From NCBI GenBank assembly GCA_002269645.1, contig NIVC01000516.1, positions 124,001 through 188,000 of the forward strand: a DNA stretch of 64,000 nucleotides. The letters run 5' to 3'. Below are positions 41,045-51,680 of the stretch, one piece after another. The translations under genes were made by a program, and so were the position numbers. Within the stretch, counting starts at the first letter, position 1. Each line of letters begins with the position of its first letter. This DNA is from Macrostomum lignano (lineage: Eukaryota). Under the pieces are notes generated by a model, which saw only the letters and a program-made list of their open reading frames with translations, did not search any database and was not told where the DNA came from.

Positions 41045-43100
41045 TTAGTCACGTTAGCACTATTTCAGTCACGTTAGCACTGTTTCAGTCACGTTAGCAC
41101 TGTTTCAGTCACGTTAGCACTATTTCAGTCACGTTAGCACTATTTCAGTCACGTTAGCACTGTTTCAGTCACGTTAGCACTATTTCAGTCACGTTAGCAC
41201 TGTTTCAGTCACGTTAGCACTATTTCAGTCACTCTAGCACTATTTCGGTCACGTTAGCACTATTTCAGTCACGTTAGCACTATTTCAGTCACGTTAGCAC
41301 TATTTCAGTCACGTTAGCACTATTTCAGTCACTCTAGCACTATTTCGGTCACGTTAGCACTATTTCAGTCACGTTAGCACTATTTCAGTCACGTTAGCAC
41401 TATTTCAGTCACGTTAGCACTATTTCAGTCACGTTAGCACTATTTCAGTCACGTTAGCACTGTTTCAGTCACGTTAGCACTATTTCAGTCACGTTAGCAC
41501 TGTTTCAGTCACGTTAGCACTATTTCAGTCACTCTAGCACTATTTCGGTCACTCTAGCACTGTTTCAGTCACTCTAGCACTATTTCAGTCACTCTAGCAC
41601 TATTTCAGTCACTCTAGCACTGTTTCAGTCACTCTAGCACTATTTCAGTCACTCTAGCACTGTTTCAGTCACTCTAGCACTATTTCAGTCACTCTAGCAC
41701 TGATTCAGTCACTCTAGAATCAGTTAAGTCACCCTAAGAACCATTTCAATCACTCTAGCACCATTTCGGCCACCCTAAAACCATTCAGTCACTCTAGAAC
41801 TAGTTCAGTCACTCTAGAACCATTTCGGTCACTCTAGAACCATTTCGGTCACTCTAGAACCATTTCAGTTTCGGTTACTCTAGAACTAATTCAGTCACTC
41901 TAGAACCATTTCAGTCACTCTAGAACCATTTCAGTCACTCTAGAACCATTTCGGTTACTCTAGAACCATTTCGGTTACTCTAGAACCATTTCGGTTACTC
42001 TAGAACTACCTCAGTCACTCTAGAACCATTTCAGTCACTCTAGAACCATTTCAGTCACTCTAGCACTATTTCGGTCACTCTAGCACTGTTTCAGTCACTC
42101 TAGCACTATTTCAGTCACTCTAGCACTATTTCAGTCACTCTAGCACTGTTTCAGTCACTCTAGCACTATTTCAGTCACTCTAGCACTATTTCAGTCACTC
42201 TAGCACTGTTTCAGTCACTCTAGCACTATTTCAGTCACTCTAGCACTGATTCAGTCACTCTAGAATCAGTTAAGTCACCCTAAGAACCATTTCAATCACT
42301 CTAGCACCATTTCGGCCACCCTAAAACCATTCAGTCACTCTAGAACTAGTTCAGTCACTCTAGAACCATTTCGGTCACTCTAGAACCATTTCGGTCACTC
42401 TAGAACCATTTCAGTTTCGGTTACTCTAGAACTAATTCAGTCACTCTAGAACCATTTCAGTCACTCTAGAACCATTTCAGTCACTCTAGAACCATTTCGG
42501 TTACTCTAGAACCATTTCGGTTACTCTAGAACCATTTCGGTTACTCTAGAACTACCTCAGTCACTCTAGAACCATTTCAGTCACTCTAGAACCATTTCAG
42601 TCACTCTAGCACTATTTCGGTCACTCTAGAACCATTTCAGTCACTCTAGAACCATTTCAGTCACTCTAGCACTATTTCGGTCACTCTAGAACCATTTCAG
42701 TCACTCTAGAACCATTTCAGTCACTCTAGCACTATTTCGGTCACTCTAGAACCATTTCAGTCACTCTAGAACCATTTCAGTCACTCTAGCACTATTTCGG
42801 TCACTCTAGAACCATTTCAGTCACTCTAGAACCATTTCAGTCACTCTAGAACCATTTCAGTCACTCTAGCACTATTTCAGTCACTCTAGAACCATTTCGG
42901 TTACTCTAGAACCATTTCAGTCACTCTAGCACTATTTCGGTCACTCTAGAACCATTTCAGTCACTCTAGCACTATTTCGGTCACTCTTGAACCATTTCAG
43001 TCACTCTAGAAACATTTCAGTCACTCTAGAACCATTTCAGTCACTCTAGAACCATTTCAGTCACTCTAGAACCATTTCGGTTACTCTTGAACCATTTCAG
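41045..43100. repeat. 20-bp minisatellite TCAGTCACGTTAGCACTATT grading into TCAGTCACTCTAGAACCATT
   Basis: Direct; contains a 546-bp internal duplication. Confidence 0.97.
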
Positions 43101-43810
43101 CCACTGTAGATCCACTTCAGTCAATGTAGAATTACTCCAGCCATTTTCTTTTCTAATTCGCCTTAGTGTTACCTTAGATACCACCTCAGTCTATCTTTCA
43201 TTGATCATAAATAACAATTCGATCTGTCAAACAAACAAAGAACGAAACCGATTAGCAGAGAAAGAGCGAAGGCAAGAAGTTTGAAAAACGGGTTTTAAAG
43301 GGATTTAAAATATTAGGAATGAACGCCAGGTTTAAAAATTCTTGTATACAGCAATCAATAGAGCCATATTTTATAATGAATAAAATAGTACAACTGACAC
43401 TTAGATGCGACAATGTTAAAGAGGCATGGAAGATACCAAATGAATAGGATACAGAATTTATCAACCGCAAACCTACTGGATTCATAGAAAAGAACCAGAA
43501 TAAAAAAACAAATATTAGTATTGGTTTGAATTTAATTAATTATTTAAAAGGTCAATAATGTGTCATCTCTTATTCACAGCACCACAAAATCGGATTTAAT
43601 CTCGAATAGATAACAAACGTGATAAGGTCGGTCCTATTGTGGGCCATATAGCTTTAGTTAAGCTACTAGGACAGGTTCTTTGTCATTTCTACTACTACTA
43701 GTAGAAAATTAAGCGTTTTATCAAAAAATAAATAAAAGCACTTTTCTCCTACTAGAAGTAGTGCAACGCAGAAAAAATTGTCATAGTTATTGGTAGATGG
43801 TTAAAATTTC

Positions 43811-46800
43811 TCAGTCGACAAGCTGAACATAATTAGCCGGAAACATGCCGCGCTCTCCGGCCTGGTTGATGCCGACCCACCAGCCTTCGTCGATCATCTC
43901 CACCTGGGTAATGGTCTCGCCCTCTGCTATTGTTAGCTCATCGTCGTCTTCTGCAAATACAAACAGTAGTTGACAGAATTGGCATTGCATGTTGTCATGG
44001 TAACTGATAAAGGACAATCATTGACGCGTGTCTTTTGGTTGCTAAGCGCGATAAGTTGCCTAAGGAAATTTTTGATTGTCTAGGGCGATTCTTATGACTG
44101 TCTATGGGAGATTCTTATGACTGTCCATAGGCGATTCTTACAACTGTCTATGGGCGATTCTTATAATTGTCTATGGGAGATTCTTTTGACTGTCTATGGG
44201 AGATTCTTATAACTGTCTATGGGATATTCTTTTGACTGTCTATGGGCGATTCTTATGACTGTCTATGGGAGATTCTTTTGACTGTCTATGGGCGATTCTT
44301 ATAACTGTCTATGGGAGATTCTTATAACTGTCTATGGGAGATTCTTTTGACTGTCCATAGGCGATTCTTATAACTGTCTATGGGAGATGAGATTCTTTTG
44401 ACTGTCTATGGGCGATTCTTATGACTGTCTATGGGCGATTCTTATGACTGTCTATGGGCGATTCTTATGACTGTCTATGGGCGATTCTTATGACTGTCTA
44501 TAGGAGATTCTTATGACTGTCTATGGGAGATTCTTATAACTGTCTATGGGATATTCTTTTGACTGTCTATGGGCGATTCTTATAACTGTCTATGGGAGAT
44601 TCTTTTGACTGTCCATAGGCGATTCTTACAACTGTCTATGGGCGATTCTTATAATTGTCTATGGGAGATTCTTTTGACTGTCTATGGGCGATTCTTATGA
44701 CTGTCTATGGGAGATTCTTTTGACTGTCCATAGGCGATTCTTACAACTGTCTATGGGCGATTTTTTGCTGTCTATGGGAGATTCTTTTGACTGTCCATAG
44801 GCGATTCTTATAACTGTCTATGGGCGATTTTTTGCTGTCTATGGGAGATTCTTATGACTGTCCATAGGCGATTCTTACAACTGTTTACGGGCGATTCTTG
44901 TGACTGTCTATGGGAGATTCTTATGACTGACGACGATTTTTTGACTCACCGGCAATGTACTCGTACAAAGCCACAGCGGTCCGGTACTGCACTATGTCTG
45001 TGTTAGCATAGATTGCTTCATCATCATCCTCATCGATGGCAGTCTCCGTTGGCTCCTGCGCAGGCGCTGGCATCGGCGGCACCACCTCGGGCACCGGAGG
45101 CTCGGCAGACGGCATCTCGGGTTCGTCAGCCTCAGCGTAGATCTCCTCCTCCCAGTCTTCCTGCGGCTCAGGCTGCTGCTGCGGTTCAGGCTGCTGCTGC
45201 GGAGCAGGAAGCTCCTGGCGCCTCGGTGGGGGCAGCTGCGGAGGAACGGGCTGCGATTCAGGCTGCCGTCTTGTGTCTTCTTCGGCAGCACCGGCAATTT
45301 CCGCTCGAGGATCGACTCGCTGATAGCTGCTTGGTTGAGGCTCTGATTCTTCTCGTACAGTTTCAGCCTGCTGTCTTTCAATTTCTGCGCGCGGATCAAC
45401 GCGCTTATAATTGGTGCCAACCGGCTGTGGCGGCTCCTGCGCGTGACCGCGCGTCAGGTTTGCGATTTCTGCGCGCGGATCAACGCGCTTATAGCCACTG
45501 CCTACTGGCTGAGGCGGCTCCTCCGCGTGACCGCGCGTCAGGTTTGCGATTTCTGCGCGCGGATCAACGCGCTTATAGCCACTGCCTACTGTCTGAGGCG
45601 GCTCCTCCGCGTGACCGCGCGTCAGGTTTGCGATTTCTGCGCGCGGATCAACGCGCTTATAGCCACTGCCTACTGTCTGAGGCGGCTCTTCCGCGTGACC
45701 GCGCGTCAGGTTTGCGATTTCTGCGCGCGGATCAACGCGCTTATAGCCACTGCCTACTGTCTGAGGCGGCTCTTCCGCGTGACCGCGCGTCAGGTTTGCG
45801 ATTTCTGCGCGCGGATCAACGCGCTTATAGCCACTGCCTACTGTCTGAGGCGGCTCCTCCGCGTGACCGCGCGTCAGGTTTGCGATTTCTGCACGCGGAT
45901 CAACGCGCTTATAGCCGCTGCCTACTGTCTGAGGCGGCTCCTCCGCGTGACCGCGCGTCAGGTTTGCGATTTCTGCGCGCGGATCAACGCGCTTATAGCC
46001 GCTGCCTACTGGCTGAGGCGGCTCCTCCGCGTGACCGCGCGTAAGACTGGCAATCTCGGCTTTAGGATCGATTCGTTTATAACTGGTGCCAACTTTCTGC
46101 GGTCCCACGTCTTCGGCTTTGCTGTCTTTGGTTAGACTTTCAATTTCTGCTTTTGGATCGATTCGTTTATAGCTGGTGGCAGTCCTTTGCGGAACGTCCT
46201 CGGTTTTATCCTTAGTTAGGCTGGCAATCTCAGCTTTAGGATCGATTCGTTTGTAGCTCGTGCCGATCCGCTGCTGACCAACTGCCTCATCGCCCGCCGG
46301 CTTCTCCTTGGCCAGACGGGCCAGCTCTGCGCCCGGGTTCACCCGCTGATAAACGCTGGCTGCCGGCTTCTGCGGCTTCATTGGCGCTTCGCGTCGCTGA
46401 GTAGCCAGATTTTGCACCTCAGTCTGGCGCTGACGGCGAAGCTCCTCGGCGCGTCGGCGACGCTCTTCGGCGTCGCGCATAGCCGCCGCTTCGGAGTATT
46501 CGGCGCCCTGTTTGACTGCGCCAGCCGCGTAGTTCGAGCCAGATGAGCCACCCACCTTCTTCAGCACGTCCTGCGGGTTGGAAGGGGTGCTTGCAGTGAC
46601 CCTCTCCTGACTTCTCAGTGACCCCTCCTGACTACTCAGCTGACCCTCTCCTGACTAGTCAGCTGACCCTCTCCTGACTAGTCAGCTGACCCTCTCCTGA
46701 CTAGTCAGCTGACCCTCTCCTGACTAGTCAGCTGACCCTCTCCTGACTAGTCAGCTGACCCTCTCCTGACTAGTCAGCTGACCCTCTCCTGACTAGTCAG

Positions 46801-47969
46801 CTGACCCTCTCCTGACTAGTCAGCTGACACTCTCCTGACTAGTCAGCTGACACTCTCCTGACTAGTCAGCTGACCAGTGACCCACTTAATCTGGGATTCC
46901 CGCCCATCAAACCTTCTCGTCCAAATCGTCCTCATTGCGAGCCTCCAAGCGCACGTGAATCGCCGGACAGAGCCGCTGCACCTCGTTTGTGTGAGAGCTG
47001 CTCATGGCTTTGATTTTCTCGAGCGCTCCCTCGCCTTGCCAGGTGATGAAAACGAACTTATTCAACTTGGTGTTGGGGTCTTTGACCCGGACGAAGCCGT
47101 ACTGCACTTTGCTGCCGTTGAATTCGTCAGCCATGCCGGAGATACCGTCGTCTATGGGGGATGGTAGTGGGCGGATTCGCGGATTCCAGGTTTGAGTAGC
47201 TCTGCTGGCCCATCAACTGAGGATCTGGGAGGCTCTCAGGATGGCCCAGCAAGTGACACTCTGGGACGCCGGACCAGCAACTGAGGATCTGGGAGGATGG
47301 CCCAGCAACTGACACTCTGGGACGCCGGCCCAGCAACTGAGGATCTGGGAGGATGGCCCAGCAACTGAGGATCTGGAAGACTGGCCTAGCAACTGAGGAT
47401 CTGGGAGACTGGCCCAGCAACTGAGGATCTGGGAGGCTGGCCCAGCAACTGAGGATCTGGGAGACTGGCCTAGCAACTGAGGATCTGGGAGTCCGGCCTA
47501 GCAACTGAGGATCTGGGAGTCCGGCCTAGCAACTGAGGATCTGGGAGCCTGGCCCAGAAACTGAGGATCTGGGAGGATGGCCCAGCAACTGAGGATCTGG
47601 AAGGCTGGCCCAGCAACTGACACTCTGGGACGCCGGCCCATCAACTGCGGATCTGGGAAGACAGAGACATGCCAGAAACTGTCAAGGTTCACTCACCGCC
47701 TGTTTCAACCACCTTCAAATCGTAGGTCTGTCCTTCGTAGCCAAAGATTACCCTGTAAGAAATAAATGTTGGAGTATGTATAAGAAATTACTAATAAGAT
47801 GACGAGTAAAATACAGTATAGTTACTCGCTGTTTACCTCAGCAAATCCTATATGAAAACGATAAAAAAGGCTAACTAATTTACCAATTGATTTTTCCTTC
47901 CTGGGCGGCAACATCGGCAATAGCCGATCTGATTTCGTTTCCATGTCGGTTCAGATTCAGGTTTGCCAT
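43811..47969 (-). CDS. DBNL: Drebrin-like protein / Abp1; complement join(47884..47969,47697..47752,46913..47151,44950..46570,43811..43950), 713 aa
   Basis: ADF-H domain (MANLNLNRHG..KINWVIFGYEGQTYDLKVVETG..SKVQYGFVRVKDPNTKLNKFVFITWQGEG..EARNEDDLDEK/DVLKKVGGSSGSNY); short charged helix; repeat region; Pro/acidic linker; C-terminal SH3 (AVALYEYIA/EDDDELTIAEGETITQVEMIDEGWW..GMFPANYVQL). All four introns are GT-AG with matching phases; total 2142 nt = 714 codons. Confidence 0.95.
43991..44004. promoter_or_regulatory. RFX X-box GTTGTCATGGTAAC in DBNL intron 4
   Basis: Strong-form match, with nearby half-sites GTTGCTAAG (~44038) and GTTGCCTAAGG (~44056). Confidence 0.4.
44082..44922. repeat. 23-bp intronic minisatellite CTGTCTATGGG(C/A)GATTCTTATGA
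   Basis: Direct; fills DBNL intron 4. Confidence 0.97.
46600..46875. repeat. 23-bp intronic minisatellite GTCAGCTGACCCTCTCCTGACTA
   Basis: Direct; fills DBNL intron 3. Confidence 0.97.
47205..47660. repeat. 28-bp intronic minisatellite GGCCCAGCAACTGAGGATCTGGGAGACT
   Basis: Direct; fills DBNL intron 2. Confidence 0.95.
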
Positions 47970-48109
47970 TTATTCAGTCAGTTTTGTTTCAAATTTGGCA
48001 ATTATAAAGTCTATGTTAGCAATGAGCATGAATTAGAAATTATTCAATTCAAAATATTTTCTAAACTTTATTATAAGAGTTGAAAAGGATTGACTATGGA
48101 CAAAAAATC

Positions 48110-49022
48110 TACAGGTGAGATTCTAGTTGAGACAGTCTATAGGTGAGATTCTAGTTGAGACAGTCTATAGGTGAGATTCTAGTTGAGACAGTCTATAGGT
48201 GAAATTCTAGTTGAGACAGTCTATAGGTGAGATTCTAGTTGAGACTGTCTACAGGTGAGATTCTAGTTGAGACTGTCTATAGGTGAGATTCTAGTTGAGA
48301 CTGTCTATAGGTGAAATTCTAGTTGAGACAGTCTATAGGTGAGATTCTAGTTGAGACTGTCTACAGGTGAGATTCTAGTTGAGACTGTCTACAGGTGAGA
48401 TTCTAGTTGAGACTGTCTATAGGTGAGATTCTAGTTGAGACTGTCTATAGGTGAAATTCTAGTTGAGACAGTCTATAGGTGAGATTCTAGTTGAGACTGT
48501 CTACAGGTGAGATTCTAGTTGAGACTGTCTATAGGTGAGATTCCAGTTGAGACAGTCTATAGGTGAGATTCTAGTTTAGACTGTCTATAGGTGAGATTCT
48601 AGTTGAGACTGTCTATAGGTGAGATTCTAGTTTAGACTGTCTATAGGTGAGATTCTAGTTGAGACTGTCTATAGGTGAGAATTTTTAGTATATGGATTCT
48701 AGTTGAGACTGTCTATAGGTGAGATTCTAGTTGAGACTGTCTATAGGTGAGATTCTAGTTGAGACTGTCTATAGGTGAGATTCTAGTTTAGACTGTCTAT
48801 AGGTGAGATTCTAGTTGAGACTGTCTATAGGTGAGAATTTTTAGTATATGGATTCTAGTTGAGACTGTCTATAGGTGAGATTCTAGTTGAGACTGTCTAT
48901 AGGTGAGATTCTAGTTGAGATTGTCTATAGGTGAGATTCTAATTGAGATTGTCTATAGGTGAGATTCTAATTGAGATTGTCTATAGGTGAGATTCTAATT
49001 GAGATTGTCTATAGGTGAGATT
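48110..49022. repeat. 28-bp minisatellite CTATAGGTGAGATTCTAGTTGAGACTGT
   Basis: Direct; between SCOC and DBNL. Confidence 0.97.
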
Positions 49023-50029
49023 CCTAAGCTCACCTATTGGAATTACCTACTGAAATTACTGAGACTAGGAATTAAAAATAAACAAATTAAAAGTCAAATT
49101 TGGTATATCTACAAAAACAGCGCACATGGAAGCTGTTAGTCAGATGCCAATGAATTATTAAATATATTTAGATATTGAATCACGATCTCTAACGATAAAA
49201 CCTTGCGAGTGGCAACAAAAGCAGCAAATATGCCTTTACTAACGCGAAAGAAGTTTATATATCTTTGTAGCTTCAACTAAAATGGCCATAAACAAAAGCT
49301 CAACAAATATTAAAACAAATTTATAATATATAATAAACATGAAAAACAATTTAAAACAAACTGTAAAAAAGAGTTCGAACAAAGGAAGCCTAACAAAAGT
49401 AGCAAAGCATAGTTAATTATGCCTACTTGCAGTAGCTTGTAAGTATTGCACAGGCTAAATTGCAAGATATATATAATTGTTTTACTGCATTAGAATGAAT
49501 TAAATCTACATCGTACATGGGGTGTTAACCATGGTAAGACAAAACTATTAATGTGGAGATAATAAATGAAAAATATTGTTATTATATACAAGCTAATGCA
49601 TAGCAGATTATAGTTAGCAACAAGAAAAAAAATTTGTGTATAAAGCGAATGAAACTACAATGAGGGATTTAAAAGTTAATTGTCTTAAAAAATTCCCACT
49701 TTAACTAAGAGAAGCTTATGTAAAAAAATACTGATCAGTGAGTGAAATACAAGACAACGGACACAAAAAACGTTTTGAAATACAAACGTTCAAATGTTTT
49801 TGTTAATTTGAAATCATGCGACAGCGCTTGATTATATGTTTGATTATTGATTGTTCTCTGACTTTATCGTCAGCACCTGCAAGTTAAGCAAAGCTGGCCG
49901 CGGTTAGTACGCATCTGCTAATTATGCATCTCAGAATGCAACTCATATAAAATTAGTTCAACACAGTTTCTATATTATCTATAGACCATGAATCTAAGTG
50001 TCCCCGTCCATCTGCTACTATCCAGTTAT

Positions 50030-50398
50030 CTATGGCTCCGCCCGCTTCTTTCCAATCGATGGCTGAGCGGCGGCAGAAGCGCGGCCCCGTTTGGACTTGG
50101 GACTGCCGGCACTGAACACGGAGCTGGCGGCCATCAGGTTCTCAATGTACTGGCCAAGGACTCTGTTTTCGTTTCTTAGTTTGAGATTCTCTTCTTTGAC
50201 GCTGTCAACTCGGGAGCCCAGGTCTTCTAAAGTGTTCTGCAGTTCCAGAATCTGCGATACTAACCGGGCTTTCTCCTCTTCGTCCGCTTCATCGCAGCAG
50301 CCGCCGCCGCTTCCCAGCTCCGACCATCGGATGGTCGAAGCTTCATCTTCCTCAGTGTCTGTTGCTGCTGCGGCTGCCGCTGCTTCAGAGTCGGACAT
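50030..50398 (-). CDS. SCOC: Short coiled-coil protein (SCOC/UNC-69), 122 aa from the first ATG
   Basis: [55 protein letters not shown] matches the hallmark SCOC coiled coil. Acceptor TGTATTTCCAG just upstream (AG at 50460-59). Confidence 0.93.
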   Translation of the reverse strand: MSDSEAAAAAAATDTEEDEASTIRWSELGSGGGCCDEADEEEKARLVSQILELQNTLEDLGSRVDSVKEENLKLRNENRVLGQYIENLMAASSVFSAGSPKSKRGRASAAAQPSIGKKRAEP

Positions 50399-50544
50399 AA
50401 TGTACTCTTTTCTTCTTCTTTTAATAAACGATTTTTTCAGCAAATGAGATTCTAATAGCTGGAAATACAGATGGTAATTTAGTCAATTAGAAATTTTATG
50501 GAATTCGGTTAAATATTATAAGGATTCCGCAAGTGTCCTGCGAC

Positions 50545-51140
50545 AAAATGTCCTGTGATCTTCAGGGCGCTACAATAACCTGTCCTGTGACCGTCAGGGT
50601 GCTACAATAACCTGTACTATGACCTTCAGGTTGCTACAACAACCTGTCCTGTAACCTTCAGGTAGCTACTACAGCCTGTCCTGTGATCTTCAGGGTGCTA
50701 CAACAACCTGTCCTACGACCTTCAGGTTGCTACAACAACCTGTCCTGTAACCTTCAGGTAGCTACTACAGCCTGTCCTGTGATCTTCAGGGTGCTACAAC
50801 AACCTGTCATGTGACCTTCAGGTTGCTACAACAACCTGTTCTGTGACCTTCAGGGTGCTACAACAACCTGTCCTGTGACCTTCAGGGTGCTACAACAACC
50901 TGTTCTGTGACCTTCAGGGTGCTACAACAACCTGTTCTGTGACTTTCAGGGTGCTACAACAACCTGTTCTGTGACCTTCAGGGTGCTACAACAACCTGTT
51001 CTGTGACCTTCAGGGTGCTACAACAACCTGTTCTGTGACCTTCAGGGTGCTACAACAACCTGTTCTGTGACTTTCAGGGTGCTACAACAACCTGTTCTGT
51101 GACCTTCAGGGTGCTACAACCTGTCCTCTGACTTTCAGTG
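50545..51140. repeat. 32-bp minisatellite CCTTCAGGGTGCTACAACAACCTGTTCTGTGA
   Basis: Direct; between NME6 and SCOC. Confidence 0.96.
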
Positions 51141-51524
51141 TGCAAGAACCTTTAGAACCTTTGCAATGCCTTTAGAATGCTACAAAAAAGTTCTCCGGCC
51201 TCATGGATCACATACTTGGATCCATGGAGTATATATCCTTGTCCAATCTTAAAGGTGGTTACACTGGATATTACATATTTAATCATTAATATCACTAAAT
51301 TTAATAATAGCACAAAATCGTTATACAAACACGAAAGTATACAGACAAGACTCTATATAGGAAGCAAGCAATATATACGAAACAGATTGTTTACATTTCA
51401 GAAACTTCACAGAGCCGTATCAATCTAATTGGACCAGAACTAATATATGCAGACAATTAGATTCTAAAACAAATAAAATATTAAAATGCGTTTCAATGGT
51501 AATTAATTTTGTAAGCTAGTAAGG

Positions 51525-51680
51525 TTGAGCGATTTTCCAGACTGTCAGGGGCGATTTTCTAGACTGTTTGGGGGGATTTTCTAAACTGTCTGGGGCGATT
51601 TTCTAACCTGTCTAGGGAGATTTTCCAGACTGTCTGGGGCGATTTTCTAGACTCTCCTGGCCGATTTTCTAGACTGTCCT
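51525..51680. repeat. Short ~23-bp array GGGGCGATTTTCTAGACTGTCT overlapping the NME6 stop
   Basis: Direct. Confidence 0.9.

Noticed and set aside
45013-46135. Plus-strand ORFs antisense to DBNL exon 4
   Set aside because: Shadow ORFs of a GC-rich 84-bp coding repeat.
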